This document shows positions 62,301 to 64,000 of a DNA stretch of 64,000 nucleotides, piece by piece. The first letter of the stretch is position 1. Each line of letters opens with the position of its first letter. Origin of the DNA: an uncultured bacterium. GTDB lineage: Bacteria > Verrucomicrobiota > Verrucomicrobiia > Limisphaerales > UBA8199. The stretch is from positions 384,001 through 448,000 of the forward strand of contig CAVVMW010000004.1 of the NCBI GenBank assembly GCA_963749495.1, given 5' to 3'. Made by a program: the position numbers and the translations under genes. The notes under the pieces are model-generated. The model saw nothing but the letters and a program-made list of their open reading frames with translations. It was not told the origin of the DNA and did no database searches.

Positions 62301-63214
62301 CCGCCGAAGGCCAAGTCCGCGATGCTGGTGACGCCCTTGGGGATCGTGTAACTGCCGCCCAGGCCGCAGGGATATTCCACGAGCGTCGTTTGGCTCTTGC
62401 TAAACAACACCCCGTTCACGCCGGCATAAAAGGCATTTTGCCCATCCACCGCGATCGCTGTGAGGCCCAAGCAGCCAGAGAAGGCGCCGCCCGCGACGTT
62501 GGTGACGCTCGTTGGGATGGTGACGTCCGCAAGACGGGTAGAGAGATTGCTCCCAATGCTGGTGACCGGCAGGCCATTGATGGTGTTAGGGATCGCCCAT
62601 GACGTGTCTGAACCGGCGTATCCCGTGATGGTAATAGCGCCGTTTGTGGCCGTGTACGTCGCATCCGACGGCGGGTCCCACAGAAACGCCGGAAGACCAA
62701 AAAGACCATAAAACTCCGTGCTCCAGCCGGTGGTCCCAGTCTGGTAATAGACGGTCGCGGGGTCCGTGATATACCCAGCGAGACCATAAAACGAGAAGGG
62801 ACCACCGTGAAAGTCAGGGGTGTAGCTGGGGGCGTTACCGAGGAAATAAACGCTAGTCAGGCCGAGGCAATCAGCAAACACCTGCTGTCCGAGGCTAGTG
62901 ACGCTGCCGGGAATCGTGACGCTCGCCAGGCTGGTGCGCCATCCGAACCCCAGGGGGCTGAACGCCATGTAGCCGAGGCTGGTGACCGGCAGGCCAGCGA
63001 TCGTGTCCGGGATGGTCACGGCACCACCGGGACCGGTGTATCCCGTGATGGTTACCGCCCCGTTATTGACCGTGTAAGTGAATTGAGCTTGCGCCGTGGC
63101 GGGGAGGGCCAGCAGCAAGAGCAGCGGCAATAGTCTCGTGGCGCAGGCCGTTCTTAAACGCCCGGCCGTCCTCTTTGGGCAAGCGATTCTCGCGGTGAGG
63201 GTTTGTGTTTTCAT
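59378..63214 (-). CDS. BspA-like (LRR_5) leucine-rich repeat surface protein with C-terminal FYRL domain
   Basis: Many VTIPNSVTSIG..AF..C..L repeats; signal peptide ending AQA; C-terminal VEASTNL...W...RFYRL. Confidence 0.93.
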   Translation of the reverse strand: MKTQTLTARIACPKRTAGRLRTACATRLLPLLLLLALPATAQAQFTYTVNNGAVTITGYTGPGGAVTIPDTIAGLPVTSLGYMAFSPLGFGWRTSLASVTIPGSVTSLGQQVFADCLGLTSVYFLGNAPSYTPDFHGGPFSFYGLAGYITDPATVYYQTGTTGWSTEFYGLFGLPAFLWDPPSDATYTATNGAITITGYAGSDTSWAIPNTINGLPVTSIGSNLSTRLADVTIPTSVTNVAGGAFSGCLGLTAIAVDGQNAFYAGVNGVLFSKSQTTLVEYPCGLGGSYTIPKGVTSIADLAFGGCRSLTSVSIGSGVTSIGDGAFLGCSSLTAITVDALNPAYSSVDGVLFDKSQTVLIEYPGGKAGNYTIPNGATTIETDAFSYCSSLTGVTIAKGVTSIGADAFSSCHSLASVTIGNGVTSIGDYAFYDCPSLTNVYFLGNAPSPSTDLTVFSGDTNATVHFLPGTTGWGGTFDGLPTPLWVPFNYTTNNGTITITGYIGRSDAVTIPDVINGLPVTGIADYAFPGGASLTSATIPSSVTNIGERAFKNCPGLTAITVEALNSSYSSADGVLFDKGRTTLVLYPQSKPGTSYTIPNSVTSIGSAAFSQCSSLASVTIPTSVTNIGESAFEECYGLTGVTIPSAVTSIGESAFADCMRLTSVAIPNNVTSIGGWAFYDCSGLTNATIGNSVTNIGDDAFMGCSLTSVTIPNSVTYIGDSAFEDEGLRAAYFQGNAPQLGGSYVFSGGNVTVYYMAGTTGWGSTFGGRPAVLWSPPVQGCTYSTKDGAITITGYTGPGGDVTIPGAVTGLPVTRIGTNAFYGCHNVASVTIPNSVTNIGDEAFMGCSLTSVTIPDSVTSIGLAAFCDCESLTNVTIPDSVTRLGNAAFQQCTSLRSVTIPNSLTNIGNAFSGCTSLRSLTIPNSVTSIADAAFWWCLGLTHVTIPNSVTSIGDQAFGCCGSLASVTIPASVTRIGTNAFLGCGSLASVTIANGVAAIGNEAFQGCASLAAVTIPESVTSIGVEPFSGCSSLAAITVDALNPSYSSADGVLFDKNQTTLIECPERKAGGYTIPNSVTSIEAGAFDGCGSLTSVTIPNGVSAIGDSAFQGCGSLTSVTIPNSVTNIGAGAFESCTNLANVTIGNGVTSIGGSAFLGCINIIAMYFEGNAPSLGGDAFGGGWIYYLPGTAGWGPTFGSHPTVLWNPQVQTRGASFGLRTNQFGFNITGTSNLVVVVEASTNLAGAAWSPLQTNTLSGSPLYFSDPQWTNYPARFYRLRWP

Positions 63215-63278
63215 AGTCTTCGTCCTGCTGGAGTTGATAGCCGATGGAACTTGCTCTGCAACTGTTCAGGGGGGGACG

Positions 63279-63400
63279 CGTGGGGCAGAGCTCCCCCGAT
63301 GCACCGGGGGTTGCCGGGGCCTCTGGCCCCGAGTCTCGCAACTGCAAGGGCACGGAGCCGGAGGCTCCGTCAACCGGCAGACCGGAGGTCTGCCCCACAC
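63279..63400. repeat. REP-like palindrome GTGGGGCAGA...TCTGCCCCAC
   Basis: Inverted ends with internal hairpins. Confidence 0.65.
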
Positions 63401-63713
63401 GTGAACAGTTAAAATGCCGAACGTTGGTATAAACTCCCCGCTGGTGTGCAATCGATGCATGCCCGCCTGAAGCAGATCCCGCAATTTCCACTGCCAATCT
63501 CATAATCAACTGGCCACGCAACAAAACCGTCACGAAACCAGCAAACCCTGACGGCCGCTGGCTGATGTCCACTCCATGAACACACAAGTTGACCACAACG
63601 CAAAGAAGGCGTCGAGGAGAATCTTTTCGCATGTGCTCACACATCTTGCTCCATGAAGGGCAAGAAAGAACCGGACCTCCTCAAACTTCATGCCAATCGA
63701 GAGAAAATAGAGG

Positions 63714-63778
63714 ACCACGGAACACACGGAATACACGCCAGCGGGGCCTTTTTCCGTGTGTTCCGTGTGTTCCGTGGT
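63714..63778. repeat. Inverted 9-mer arrays, same family as 41204-41268
   Basis: ACCACGGAACACACGGAATACACG...CGTGTGTTCCGTGTGTTCCGTGGT. Confidence 0.85.
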
Positions 63779-63941
63779 TGTCAAAAAAGCTCTCAGGCGA
63801 GGATTTGGGGGGCTGCTCCGCTCTTGCTGTTGCCGCTCATGGCTGGGTTGGGGGCAGGACAGACCGGAACCCCACACGGCCGTCCCTGACATTCGGCATT
63901 TCTTGCCGGTCCTGGCGGTGCTCCGGGGCTGGACAACCTCC

Positions 63942-64000
63942 TCAGGGTGAGGCAAGCTTGTCGCCAGTCGAAAGATTGGCCGGCAGTGTGAAACAGAAGA
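63942..64000 (-). CDS. Possible C-terminal tail of a histidine kinase (partial)
   Basis: FCFTLP...* resembles the HATPase terminal strand; only about 19 codons are visible. Confidence 0.35.
   Translation of the reverse strand, partial: FCFTLPANLSTGDKLASP

Noticed and set aside
59378..63214. Diversity-generating retroelement target
   Set aside because: No reverse transcriptase and no template/variable repeat pair with adenine-specific differences
63480..63499. Sigma54 promoter for the BspA-like gene (TGGCAGTGGAAATTGC, minus strand)
   Set aside because: GG-to-GC spacing is 11 nt, not the required 10
1..64000. tRNA or rRNA genes
   Set aside because: No cloverleaf with T-loop consensus or rRNA-like conserved stretch was noticed; not verified computationally

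Overview
GC-rich bacterial chromosomal window whose gene content points, by inference, to Verrucomicrobiota subdivision 3 (Pedosphaera/Limisphaera-like). The supporting content is a prepilin-type N-methylation gene beside a LamG protein, large secreted proteins ending in a shared FYRL domain, BspA-like LRRs, MqnE and many REP-like palindromes. About 2.5-13.5 kb is an IS-rich, decayed accessory region: an IS1380 with a nested ISNCY-type element, an unclassified DDE element, truncated genes, a dead RAYT/Y1 transposase and unusual stuttered GGGGTCA/TGACCCC ends. About 14-34 kb holds an MFS transporter, a REC-histidine kinase, a LamG/pilin-like pair, three predicted glycoside hydrolases and several disarmed toxin-antitoxin modules. 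About 34.5-51.5 kb is mostly metabolic: mqnE, lpxA, hypBA, TPR-glycosyltransferase, ferritin, GH13, UroD-family protein, class II aldolase, sugar isomerase, PPTase, aldo-keto reductase, plus an intact REP-flanked Y1 transposase. The right end has an IS1634 sitting in a REP hairpin and two very large surface proteins. About nine single-base frameshifts look like long-read errors. Several genes have large internal deletions. No tRNA, rRNA or CRISPR array was found. All family calls come from motif recognition by eye; no database search was run.
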